Positions 49,469 to 58,761 of a DNA stretch of 62,054 nt are shown here, one piece after another. The translations under genes and the position numbers were made by a program. The notes beneath the pieces were generated by a model. The model ran no database searches. It was given only the letters and a program-made list of their open reading frames with translations, and had not been told where the DNA came from. Within the stretch, counting starts at the first letter, position 1; every line of letters begins with the position of its first letter. The DNA is from a virus (Duplodnaviria; Caudoviricetes): IMG/VR virus record IMGVR_UViG_3300020430_000015, positions 1-62,054 of that record, one strand, 5' to 3'.

Positions 49469-50063
49469 TATAAAAGACGTGCTATTCTGGATGGATGCTA
49501 TCAGACAATCAGATGACAGATACAGAACTCTAGAAAGTTTTTGGAAAGGTCAAATTAATAGTAAAATATGGCTAATAGATCATTTAGAAAAATACTATCA
49601 ACATTTACCTTATAATATATTAGTGTGTGGTGGTTGGAACGGAGTATTAGCAACATTATTATTCAACAGTAATCTTGATATCACGCGAATAGTCAGCATG
49701 GATATAGATCAAAATTGTGAAGAGATAGCATATACTATGAACAAAGATTATGAAATGCAAGGCAGGTTCAAAGCAATTACTTCAGATATGTTGACCTACG
49801 AAGATTATGGCAAACACAATTTAATAATTAATACGGTTTGTGAACATATGACTACTGAACAATATAACCAATGGTTAGACAAATTGCCTACAAACAAAAG
49901 AATAGTATTGCAAAGCAATGACTATTTTAGTCATAAAGAACACGTAAATTGTAAACAAACTTTAAAAGAATTCCAACAAGATTGTAATTTAAATGTTGAT
50001 ATCGCGGCTACTATGCCAACAGAAAAATATAATAGATTTATGATAATAGGACACAAAAAATGA
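49458..50063 (+). CDS. Class I SAM-dependent methyltransferase-like protein
   Basis: ILVCGGWNG, SMDID, SDM and INTVCEH motifs. Confidence 0.65.
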   Translation: MKINIKDVLFWMDAIRQSDDRYRTLESFWKGQINSKIWLIDHLEKYYQHLPYNILVCGGWNGVLATLLFNSNLDITRIVSMDIDQNCEEIAYTMNKDYEMQGRFKAITSDMLTYEDYGKHNLIINTVCEHMTTEQYNQWLDKLPTNKRIVLQSNDYFSHKEHVNCKQTLKEFQQDCNLNVDIAATMPTEKYNRFMIIGHKK

Positions 50064-50674
50064 AAGAACCAGTAAATTTTTCAGATAAGGTTGCTTATAA
50101 AATTACAATGTTCTTGCGTTGGATTGCTGATACGTTTTTTAAAAAACGTTATGGACACAGGGCAGTTGTTTTAGAAACTGTTGCAGGTGTGCCTGGCATG
50201 GTTGCAGGTATGTGGAACCATTTAAGAAGTTTACGTAAAATGAAACCAGATGATCGAGGTTGGATTAAAACTTTGTTAGCAGAAGCGGAAAATGAACGTA
50301 TGCATCTGATGATTTTTATTAGGATTGCAAAACCAAATTGGTTTGAACGTTGGATGATTATCACAGCACAATTTATTTTCTGGCACTTCTATATGTTCTT
50401 GTACATATTTTTTCCACAGTGTGCCCACAGGATGGTAGGTTATTTTGAGGAACAAGCCTGCATTAGTTATACAGAATACTTAAAAGAAATAGATGAGGGA
50501 AGAACAGAAAACATTAAGGCGCCTAAAATTGCTATTGATTACTATAATTTGCCTAAAGACGCAAAGTTGCGTGATGTTGTTATCGCTGTGCGAAAAGATG
50601 AAGAAGGACATAGAGACGTAAACCATGAAATGGCAGATCAAATAAGAAGGAATAGAGCAGGACTTATAAAATGA
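50060..50674 (+). CDS. aox: Alternative oxidase (ubiquinol oxidase)
   Basis: LETVAGVPGMV, EAENERMHL, GYFEEQA..SY and RKDEEGHRDVNH di-iron motifs. Confidence 0.95.
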   Translation: MKEPVNFSDKVAYKITMFLRWIADTFFKKRYGHRAVVLETVAGVPGMVAGMWNHLRSLRKMKPDDRGWIKTLLAEAENERMHLMIFIRIAKPNWFERWMIITAQFIFWHFYMFLYIFFPQCAHRMVGYFEEQACISYTEYLKEIDEGRTENIKAPKIAIDYYNLPKDAKLRDVVIAVRKDEEGHRDVNHEMADQIRRNRAGLIK

Positions 50675-51375
50675 TAATGAGCAACAAAGACATAGAAGAG
50701 TATCATAATATTGGTTTGGACACTGCAACAAAAGTGTTTAACAAATTTAAAGATGGAACTTTAGATTATCTAGAGTTAGATTTAGATTTTAATGATTACA
50801 AAGTGAAGCAGGAATTTAAAAACATTGACTCTTATTATGTAGAACACAGAGAAGATGAATCTCATAAAGGTTGGGAGAGTTGTTGTTTACATGGATTAGA
50901 TATAGATAAGACAAGAGTGGCAAAAGAATATGGTTACAAAGATGAACTTAATGCTCCTTATAAATGGACAAAATTGCAAGACATGGCTCCAACAGCAAAA
51001 AAATTCTGGGAAGAATTTCCAGCAGAAAGATATAGTAGAATAAGATTTATGAAACTAAAACCATCAGGTATGATAGATTGGCACAATGATGATCCTGGTA
51101 CAACATTGCCAGATGACTTATGCGAATATCTTATACCTATTAATGTTGCTGTGTTACATCCTGCCTTATGTTATATGGAAATTGAACCAGAAAAAATTAT
51201 TCCGTGGAAACATGGCAAAGTGTTTTTAGTAAACATTTTAAAAAATCATAGAGTGGTAAACAATTCGAATGTGGATAGAATACACATGATTGCCCAAGCA
51301 CACATCGGAAATAAAAGAAAAGCATTTAACGAATTACTAGATAGGAGTATACAAAAATATGGCGTTTCTATTTGA
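50671..51375 (+). CDS. 2OG-Fe(II) oxygenase (Asp/Asn beta-hydroxylase-like)
   Basis: RIRFMKLKP.G.IDWHND (HxD), distal HRVVN and RIHM motifs. Confidence 0.75.
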   Translation: MIMSNKDIEEYHNIGLDTATKVFNKFKDGTLDYLELDLDFNDYKVKQEFKNIDSYYVEHREDESHKGWESCCLHGLDIDKTRVAKEYGYKDELNAPYKWTKLQDMAPTAKKFWEEFPAERYSRIRFMKLKPSGMIDWHNDDPGTTLPDDLCEYLIPINVAVLHPALCYMEIEPEKIIPWKHGKVFLVNILKNHRVVNNSNVDRIHMIAQAHIGNKRKAFNELLDRSIQKYGVSI

Positions 51376-52750
51376 AGCACAAACAAAAGAAAAGAAAAAT
51401 ATTGTATTCATTTGTAACACAAATTTTCACCAGATAGATAATATCAGTGCAAAAGAAACAATTATGAATATCGCTGAGTATCAAATTAGTAACATTACTA
51501 GTAAAGGATATGATTGCTATGTTGCAATAAGTGAAGACACGACCTTACAAAAAGTGGCAGACGATTATGATTATGCAGTGTGTTACAGCACAGATACAGA
51601 ATTTGAAGGAGATAAATTTTTTGAGCATCTACATGGACTTATTAAATCAGAATTTCTTGTTGCAGGACATATCTTAGATAGAAAAGAAGGTTGGTATGAA
51701 ATTCATGAACAATGCTATGTAATAAATTTAAAGAAATACAAAGAATACGAATGTCCTGAAATAGGAGAATTCAAAAGAAATGCAGAACATTTCGAAACTG
51801 TGCCTATTAGGAGTGATGAAAATTTTCATGATAATCACACTCCTCTTTGGATTAAGCCAGGAACCGAAATGATAAAATATAAACACAAATGGCACGGATG
51901 GAATCTATTAAGAGTAGCCTTCGACAATAAAGAAGAAGTGATTGTATTCGATGAAAATATAAGACATTCTAAAAGATGTTATTATGCCGCACACGAAACT
52001 GATTATATCGAAAATAGTAGTCATATACTAAAAAAATATAATCTTAGTGCCAGTAGATTATTTTACCCTATTAACACAGAAGAGGTGGTATCCTTACCTG
52101 ATTTTGTCGGTCCTATCAAACAATTAGTTACACCTGCAAGTGGTTTTAACTGGTTAAAATACCTAGATAAATATGGTTATAACGAAGATACGGAAGTTAT
52201 ATTTTATGACTACAATCCTAATGCTTTATACTATATGCAGACTATAATTGAAAAATATGAAGGTGGAGATTTACATAAATTTCTAAAACAAAACAATACT
52301 CATAGGACACCAGACTGGATTAATAGCAAAAAAGATATTGCAGATTATATCAGTAAAATAGGAAATTTGTTAGGAATAAGAAGTAAATTAAAATTCAAAT
52401 ATGTTGAATGCGATTTATTGAATGAATTTAATCTTAAATTTAAAAATGACAAAGGCACAATTTTAAATATTAGCAATATATTTGCTTATGAACCAACAGC
52501 GGCAGTGGTGCCAACAAAGCAAAGGGTATTCAGAGAAAACAAACTTATTAAATTACTCCATGAAAAATATGATAAAATTCATTTAATAGCATCTATGCAC
52601 TCATGGACAGGCTTTGTAGATTATCCTATGTTAGCAGGTCCAGTCACTAAATTTACACCGTGCGATATAGAATCAATGAGAGCACCGTTATGGCGTTTTG
52701 GAAAGGATTGGAAAAATCCAAAGGATCCTCATGAAGAAGAAGATGAATAA
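51359..52750 (+). CDS. Hypothetical two-domain protein (possible GT-like plus methyltransferase-like)
   Basis: 463-aa coupled ORF; GHILD...HEQC..INL in the N-half; IFYDYN and LNISNIF in the C-half. Confidence 0.45.
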   Translation: MAFLFEAQTKEKKNIVFICNTNFHQIDNISAKETIMNIAEYQISNITSKGYDCYVAISEDTTLQKVADDYDYAVCYSTDTEFEGDKFFEHLHGLIKSEFLVAGHILDRKEGWYEIHEQCYVINLKKYKEYECPEIGEFKRNAEHFETVPIRSDENFHDNHTPLWIKPGTEMIKYKHKWHGWNLLRVAFDNKEEVIVFDENIRHSKRCYYAAHETDYIENSSHILKKYNLSASRLFYPINTEEVVSLPDFVGPIKQLVTPASGFNWLKYLDKYGYNEDTEVIFYDYNPNALYYMQTIIEKYEGGDLHKFLKQNNTHRTPDWINSKKDIADYISKIGNLLGIRSKLKFKYVECDLLNEFNLKFKNDKGTILNISNIFAYEPTAAVVPTKQRVFRENKLIKLLHEKYDKIHLIASMHSWTGFVDYPMLAGPVTKFTPCDIESMRAPLWRFGKDWKNPKDPHEEEDE

Positions 52751-54008
52751 CAGTTGTACTTTCTGTATGCATCCTTTCACAGGACTTGCTACTAGAGAAG
52801 ATGGGGCAATTAAAGTTTGTTGTCGTAGTCTTCCTATTGCTAATATCAAAGATATGAGTTTAGAGGAAGCATGGAATTCCGATAAAATGAAGCAAGTAAG
52901 AAAACAAGTGCTCAACGGAGAACGACCTGATGTATGCCAACCTTGTTTTGATTTAGAAGATCAAGGCGTACAAAGTTTACGACAAAGACATATCACGGAT
53001 TCATCCCCCGAGTCAAGAAGTAATTTATATCCTAATGCTTTAGATACTTTGAGTGCAGATTATTCTATGCCTTTTCAATTGCCGACAATGGAAATAAAAA
53101 TAGATAATTTATGCAATTTAAAATGTAGAATGTGTAATCCTTTGGACAGTACACAATGGAAAGATTGGAGCAGTATAGTATCGCATTATGAAAAGGAAGG
53201 CAATTATCTTGTGGAGGCAGTGAAAGGATTGGGATTAGAAAAGGCACCTTATGTAGGATTATTTGAAGACAAATCACACTTTTGGGAAAATTTAGAAAAA
53301 TTACTACCTTACTTTAAAAGAGTTGAATTTGCAGGTGGAGAACCTTTAATGGCTCCTTCACATTATAAAATTTTAGATTTACTGGCAAAAAATGGAAAGA
53401 ATATTGAAATAAAATATGCAACAAATGGAACTACTCTTGGTATCAAAGGTGGTAGAAATATATTTGAGTATTGGCCTAAATTTAAAAGTGTTGCTGTCAA
53501 TGTAAGTATAGATGGATTGCATAACACATATGAATACATTAGAGGAAATAGTAAGTTTGCAGATGTAGAAAACAATATTAAAGAAATGAAGAAAATTCCA
53601 ACAGTCAGTCGTATTGTTGGAGCATTTACAGTTCAAGCAAATAACATCTTACAAATAGACAAAGTTATTGATTATTTTTTGAATGAAATGCAAATTGTGT
53701 TTTATAGTCATAGAGTAAATTATCCTAGAGCCTTATCGGCACAAGTTTTACCAGAAGAATTAAAACAAGCAGTGGTTGTAAAACTAGAAGCATTGAAGAA
53801 TAAAGTTAAAGACTATAAGATGGTCAAAAAATATCCTGTGTTAGAAAAAATTACTTTACAACAGATACAAGACAATATTAATTTTTTACAAGCAAGAGAC
53901 CTTAATCATTATTGGGAAGACTGTGTTGATTTCAATAAAAAATTAGATATCTCACGTAAGCAAGGACCTTTTGAAAAAATTAATCCGGAGTTTGCCGCTT
54001 ATGTTTAA
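52743..54008 (+). CDS. Radical SAM enzyme with N-terminal twitch/SPASM-like domain
   Basis: FCMHPF...VCC...CQPC, CNLKCRMC, AGGEPL, TNG and SIDG. Start moved to ATG 52743. Confidence 0.9.
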   Translation: MNNSCTFCMHPFTGLATREDGAIKVCCRSLPIANIKDMSLEEAWNSDKMKQVRKQVLNGERPDVCQPCFDLEDQGVQSLRQRHITDSSPESRSNLYPNALDTLSADYSMPFQLPTMEIKIDNLCNLKCRMCNPLDSTQWKDWSSIVSHYEKEGNYLVEAVKGLGLEKAPYVGLFEDKSHFWENLEKLLPYFKRVEFAGGEPLMAPSHYKILDLLAKNGKNIEIKYATNGTTLGIKGGRNIFEYWPKFKSVAVNVSIDGLHNTYEYIRGNSKFADVENNIKEMKKIPTVSRIVGAFTVQANNILQIDKVIDYFLNEMQIVFYSHRVNYPRALSAQVLPEELKQAVVVKLEALKNKVKDYKMVKKYPVLEKITLQQIQDNINFLQARDLNHYWEDCVDFNKKLDISRKQGPFEKINPEFAAYV

Positions 54009-54915
54009 AGTTGAACATTTATATAAACACGTACAAGGAAGCGTCAAAGTAGAATGGAATCTTGGAAAACGTTGTAATTATGATTGTACATACTGCCCTG
54101 CAGAGATACATGATAATACAAGTAAGCACACAGACATAAAAATTTTAAAAGGAGCAGTTGATGATTTAATAGCATCTATGCCTAGTAACGATACAAAAGT
54201 AAGAATTAGTTTTACAGGTGGAGAACCCTGCGTACATCCAAAATTTTTACAACTTTTAGAATATGCAAGACCAAAAGTGAGTTGGTTAAATGTAACAACA
54301 AATGGAACCCGTACTCCAAAATATTATATGCACCTTTTAGATAATTTGGTTGACCATTTGGTATTCAGTATGCACTTCGAATACGATTACCAAAAAGTAC
54401 TGAATTCAATTTTAAGGGCCGCACAAGGGTCTAAAAACAAAAATATACTTGTACACGTAATGATGCTTCCTGGACGTTTATACGACGTCAAAGACGTTTG
54501 CAGACACCTTTCTGATGAGCAAATAAAGTTTGCTCTAAGACCAATACGTTGGACTCAAACTCATGATATTTTTGAAGACATGAATCGGTACTCTCCAGAA
54601 GAATTAGATTTTTTGAAATTGGAAAACCATAATCCACCACACAATGTTTTGATAGACAATGGACCAAAAACTTGCAACGTAAATGATATGCTTATCCAAA
54701 AAACTAATCAATTTAAAAATTGGAAATGCAATGCAGGACTTGAAAGTTTAATGATTAATTGGGACGGAGTTGTTCACAGAGCAACTTGTAGAGTTGGCGG
54801 AAGTCTAGGAAACATTTACAAAGGAACGTTTAACAAACCAACTGAACCTATTAATTGCACAAGAGATTGGTGCACCTGTGCCGCTGATATTAATATTACA
54901 AAAGTTAAATCCTAA
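54001..54915 (+). CDS. Radical SAM enzyme, paralog of 47437
   Basis: CNYDCTYC, TGGEPC, TTNG and WKCNAG...C...C...CTC. Start at ATG 54001. Confidence 0.9.
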   Translation: MFKVEHLYKHVQGSVKVEWNLGKRCNYDCTYCPAEIHDNTSKHTDIKILKGAVDDLIASMPSNDTKVRISFTGGEPCVHPKFLQLLEYARPKVSWLNVTTNGTRTPKYYMHLLDNLVDHLVFSMHFEYDYQKVLNSILRAAQGSKNKNILVHVMMLPGRLYDVKDVCRHLSDEQIKFALRPIRWTQTHDIFEDMNRYSPEELDFLKLENHNPPHNVLIDNGPKTCNVNDMLIQKTNQFKNWKCNAGLESLMINWDGVVHRATCRVGGSLGNIYKGTFNKPTEPINCTRDWCTCAADINITKVKS

Positions 54916-55867
54916 CTTTATCCAATAAACTTTCTGGCTGACACATACAAGTATTTGTTTTATCACAAATTTTAGGTTTTATGTCTGGATCAAATTTTGA
55001 AACAAAATCTTTATCATAAATGTTGTAGTTGTCAAACAGTCTTGTTCTACAAGCACCTGTAATAATACCTTCAGGATCAATCATCATACTGTCTACGCCT
55101 ATATTACAACGCCATCCATAGAAATCATTCTGTTTGTTTAGAACAATCCAATTCCTATTAACACGTTTTTTTGATCCATTTTCAAACACAACAACAGGAT
55201 TATCTTTTAAATGTCTTCTATTTTTCCATATGTGCCATATGCTAGGTCGTCTTTTTGTAGGCTTGGCTACAAATGCCCGTTGTTCATCTGTGTAGTTGAT
55301 TGTTTCGTGCATAACTTCCATAGCACTGATAAACCATGGGTGTTTACTTGTTTTACAAGTTTCAATCAGTGCCAAACACTTGTCCCATGCAGAAGGATCC
55401 ATCAAAACCATTACATTTGGACTTCTGCCCATCTCATGTAGTGTGTCACTTACTTTTACAAAATGTTCTATGTCTACTTCTTTGTGATGACAACTTAATA
55501 AAATTTTATCAAACACAGTGCCGAACTTCTGCCACCATCTTAAAGTTCTACTACCATTACTGCTTATAGTGATGTATGCAGGAATATGTTTTCTTATTTC
55601 AGTTACAAATTCTCCTAACTTGGGCCACAGAGTAGGTTCACCTCCTACAATGTGTAATTCTAACATTTCTTTGCCAACTGCTTTGTATTTTTTGAATAGA
55701 TGCTTAAAATTTTCTACTAGTTGCTCCATGTCGTCAGTCCAACGATGTGTGCCTTCATGCGATCCCTTGAAACAATACCAGCAATTAAAATTACAGGTAT
55801 TTCCTATCATAAACTCTATACGCAGTAAATTTTTAGGTTGTGGATTATGTACCTGTACTATGTTCAT
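54905..55867 (-). CDS. Radical SAM enzyme, paralog of 47437/54001
   Basis: CNFNCWYC, VGGEPT, SSNGS and WRCNIG...C...C...CMC motifs. Confidence 0.9.
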   Translation of the reverse strand: MNIVQVHNPQPKNLLRIEFMIGNTCNFNCWYCFKGSHEGTHRWTDDMEQLVENFKHLFKKYKAVGKEMLELHIVGGEPTLWPKLGEFVTEIRKHIPAYITISSNGSRTLRWWQKFGTVFDKILLSCHHKEVDIEHFVKVSDTLHEMGRSPNVMVLMDPSAWDKCLALIETCKTSKHPWFISAMEVMHETINYTDEQRAFVAKPTKRRPSIWHIWKNRRHLKDNPVVVFENGSKKRVNRNWIVLNKQNDFYGWRCNIGVDSMMIDPEGIITGACRTRLFDNYNIYDKDFVSKFDPDIKPKICDKTNTCMCQPESLLDKVRI

Positions 55868-57282
55868 AGCAAGTGTCCTATTTCTGGAAATATGTTTTTA
55901 GCATTTACACCACGTATTGCATCTAACTTATTGACATATTCTTTGAAACCTGGCAATAGAAATGAATTATCTTTCTGATTCATATGTGCCAATACAGCCT
56001 CCCAACGACGCCAACCATATGGATTATTTTTCCAATACTCATCGTCTTTTCTATAATTGTGCCATAGCCAATCTTTAAATTCTAAAAATCTTTCTTGTAC
56101 TTCTTGTTTGTCTTCTTTGGGTAATATTTGTATGCTTAAAAAAGTTGGTATGTACAATAAGTGCATATTAACAAGTCCACCTCCCATTTGCACATCGCCA
56201 GGCACTGTGCCTAAATTTAATTTTTTAAATCCACTTTCTACTTTCCATTTCATAAAGTCAGGCAAATGTTTTACATTAAAAATTTGTATAGCAGTTGCTA
56301 AACTAGTTTGTATATTGTCTGGAGTGTTATCTAACATCTGTAAATTTTTTTCAACAATATCCCATTTAGTAGGAAACCTTATATATTCATCACGTTCTTT
56401 TATTGCATCCATACTCACAGCAAATTTAACTTTTTTAAATTTACTCCATAATTCAATTAAATCTTTGTCGACTAATATTCCATTTGAATTGTAACGCAAT
56501 AATATTTTGTCTTGATAGCCTTGTCTGATTATTTCTTCAATAAATTTTTTGTGTTCTTTTATCATTAAAGGTTCACCACCAGCAAAATAAACTTGTTTAA
56601 GTTTAGGAATTTGTTTATACATCTCTTCCCAGAACTCAGGCTTTTCATGCCAGAAGTTATTAAATTCTTTCTTATCCCATTGAAGTTGATCCTTCACGTG
56701 TTTATCTTTTAATTGTGGCATTAATTCTTTCCAATCTTTTACCCATTTACTACTGTCGTGGGGTGAACACATTACACATTTTATATTGCAAGTATGACCT
56801 AATCTTAAATCTAAATATAATAAATCCTCTGGCACAGTTCCATCTTCTTTGGTTTGCTGTATTAATTCAGGAATATCTACACCATCTTTATACCATGTGC
56901 CTGTTTCCCATACACGTTTACTAACAACGCCAACTTTTTCTTCTTCAAAGCATTTACTACAACTAGAAGGTATTTGTCCTTTCAACATTGTGGTTCTTAC
57001 ACTTTTCATATACGCATTATTCCAAGCACTCATAGGAGTATCTTTTCCGAAGTTTGCAGGCGTGCCATCTTCCTTTTTGATTATTCCTACTTCATGGTCG
57101 GAACCTGCACCACTGGCGTTTGCTGAACAGCACAATCTCATATCTCCGTTAGGTCTTGTAGCAAAATGTATCCAAGGCAATATACAAAAAGTAGGACTAC
57201 CTGACACAGATTGCAATTCTCTTTGCCATTTACCTAATTGTGTATCCTCAGGATTGATCCAATATTCTTTATTGTCCGACAT
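55864..57282 (-). CDS. Radical SAM enzyme with N-terminal twitch domain, paralog of 52743
   Basis: FCILPW...LCC...CSKC, CNIKCVMC, AGGEPL and NSNG motifs. Confidence 0.9.
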   Translation of the reverse strand: MSDNKEYWINPEDTQLGKWQRELQSVSGSPTFCILPWIHFATRPNGDMRLCCSANASGAGSDHEVGIIKKEDGTPANFGKDTPMSAWNNAYMKSVRTTMLKGQIPSSCSKCFEEEKVGVVSKRVWETGTWYKDGVDIPELIQQTKEDGTVPEDLLYLDLRLGHTCNIKCVMCSPHDSSKWVKDWKELMPQLKDKHVKDQLQWDKKEFNNFWHEKPEFWEEMYKQIPKLKQVYFAGGEPLMIKEHKKFIEEIIRQGYQDKILLRYNSNGILVDKDLIELWSKFKKVKFAVSMDAIKERDEYIRFPTKWDIVEKNLQMLDNTPDNIQTSLATAIQIFNVKHLPDFMKWKVESGFKKLNLGTVPGDVQMGGGLVNMHLLYIPTFLSIQILPKEDKQEVQERFLEFKDWLWHNYRKDDEYWKNNPYGWRRWEAVLAHMNQKDNSFLLPGFKEYVNKLDAIRGVNAKNIFPEIGHLL

Positions 57283-57892
57283 TTAATATCCTATACATTT
57301 TTTCTGCCACAGCATTATTACTTTCCTGTCCAGGGTGCATATCATCTGTTGCTTTATCATATATTGTTATTCCATCATTGTGCCAATTACTGACATTTAT
57401 AAAATCAATTTTATGCCTTTCCAATTCATTTGGCGTGGCAGGATAATGAATATATCTTACGCCTAATTTATTTAGATGCAAATCTGCGTGTTGAATGTTA
57501 AACCAAGATTTCATTGCATAATCTTTTTCATCTAAAAATTCTACCCATTTGCGTTCCTGATGTGTTTTATTCCATGGCCCTAATCTGTCTCTGAATAATG
57601 GAAACTTATGTTGATTATTAAACAACATATCTCTTACAAAATGACTCCACATTATTATTACAATATCATCTTTTTTGAAATCAAATTTTAATATGGTGTA
57701 TAAAATTTCCATATTACTACTTCCAGGAAATGATTTGTTTACAAGTTCCATTTCAAGTTTGTTTGCTAATGTTTGTGCCCATCCTAATTTACTAGGTTTG
57801 AGATGATGGAATTGATTGAAGAACCAATTTTTACAATCTTCTAATCCAGTTCCATATGTATAAGAACAGCCAAACGTAATTAATCTTTGCAT
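57269..57892 (-). CDS. SGNH/GDSL-like hydrolase or acyltransferase
   Basis: FGCSYT.G (block I), N.S.PG.SN and DxxHPG catalytic motifs. Start at ATG 57892. Confidence 0.65.
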   Translation of the reverse strand: MQRLITFGCSYTYGTGLEDCKNWFFNQFHHLKPSKLGWAQTLANKLEMELVNKSFPGSSNMEILYTILKFDFKKDDIVIIMWSHFVRDMLFNNQHKFPLFRDRLGPWNKTHQERKWVEFLDEKDYAMKSWFNIQHADLHLNKLGVRYIHYPATPNELERHKIDFINVSNWHNDGITIYDKATDDMHPGQESNNAVAEKMYRILNVGQ

Positions 57893-58701
57893 TGATTTTC
57901 TCCCCATTGTCGTTCTTTACACCAGAAACATTTTCCGCACACAGGCACGGGCGACCCTGGCACATATGTCTTGTAATCTAAGTCTCCAAAGATTTCAGGA
58001 TATGTGTCTCGATCACCTTCACAACTTCTAGTAAGATTGAATAGGTCCATTATGCCTAATTTTTTAAATTGAGCAACTATCCAATCCTTCTGTACATATG
58101 TGAACGGGTGACAAGCATAGCCGCCCATGTGTGGTTTGATGAGTTTTTCTAAAGTCTTATCACCAATAGTATCTATTAAAACATCTCTGTCTAATAGCCT
58201 CTCATCAAATTCTTTGTCAGGATTCTTGGTCACACCGCAAAACCAAGCATCCAATTTTTCTGTGTGAGCCACGTATTCTGCGTGTGCTCTTAATTCTATC
58301 TGGTTACCGCTTTTAAGTTTTCCATATTCGTCCATAATGTTTGGACCTTTTGATCCCCATTCTAAATCTGGGGCAATAAAATTTTCGTGTCTTGTGAACT
58401 TAATTGTTGGAAAATTATCAACTAACCAATGGTATACATCTAAACTGTTTTGTTTTTGCCAAGGTCTAGTTTTCCAACATCTAATATTTGTAATAATGTG
58501 AACTTCGGATGTATAAAGTTTTTGTGTGATAATACTGCAAAGCAACACTGCCATCAAGGCACTGTCCGCTCCACCACTCAAACTGATGCCAACCTTTTGC
58601 CATCTTTCAGAAAATGGAAATATTACTCCATTTATCTCATGGAGAATATTTTTGTAGAGACTAGTTTGATAAACTGCTTTTATGTGTTCATAATCTGGCA
58701 T
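57880..58701 (-). CDS. QueC-like PP-loop ATP pyrophosphatase
   Basis: SLSGGADS PP-loop, TRSCE and CGKCFWC zinc motif. Confidence 0.7.
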   Translation of the reverse strand: MPDYEHIKAVYQTSLYKNILHEINGVIFPFSERWQKVGISLSGGADSALMAVLLCSIITQKLYTSEVHIITNIRCWKTRPWQKQNSLDVYHWLVDNFPTIKFTRHENFIAPDLEWGSKGPNIMDEYGKLKSGNQIELRAHAEYVAHTEKLDAWFCGVTKNPDKEFDERLLDRDVLIDTIGDKTLEKLIKPHMGGYACHPFTYVQKDWIVAQFKKLGIMDLFNLTRSCEGDRDTYPEIFGDLDYKTYVPGSPVPVCGKCFWCKERQWGENQCKD

Positions 58702-58714
58702 AATTGGACATTAA

Positions 58715-58757
58715 TATTTATCGTGTTTAAGTACGCACATTTTTTTTCCGATAAGTA
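58715..58757. promoter_or_regulatory. Divergent late promoters flanking a palindromic box
   Basis: TATTTA at 58715-58720, AAGTACGCACAT at 58729-58740, TAAGTA at 58752-58757. Confidence 0.65.
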
Positions 58758-58761
58758 CAGT

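Noticed and set aside
50060-50674. PTOX / cyanophage assignment
   Set aside because: The motifs are AOX-type and no photosynthesis genes are present in the window.
58450-58761. N-terminal extension of ORF 58450-59439 (similar extensions at 48383, 52698, 53971, 6333)
   Set aside because: They overlap neighbouring genes or promoters. Downstream ATGs fit the operon coupling better.
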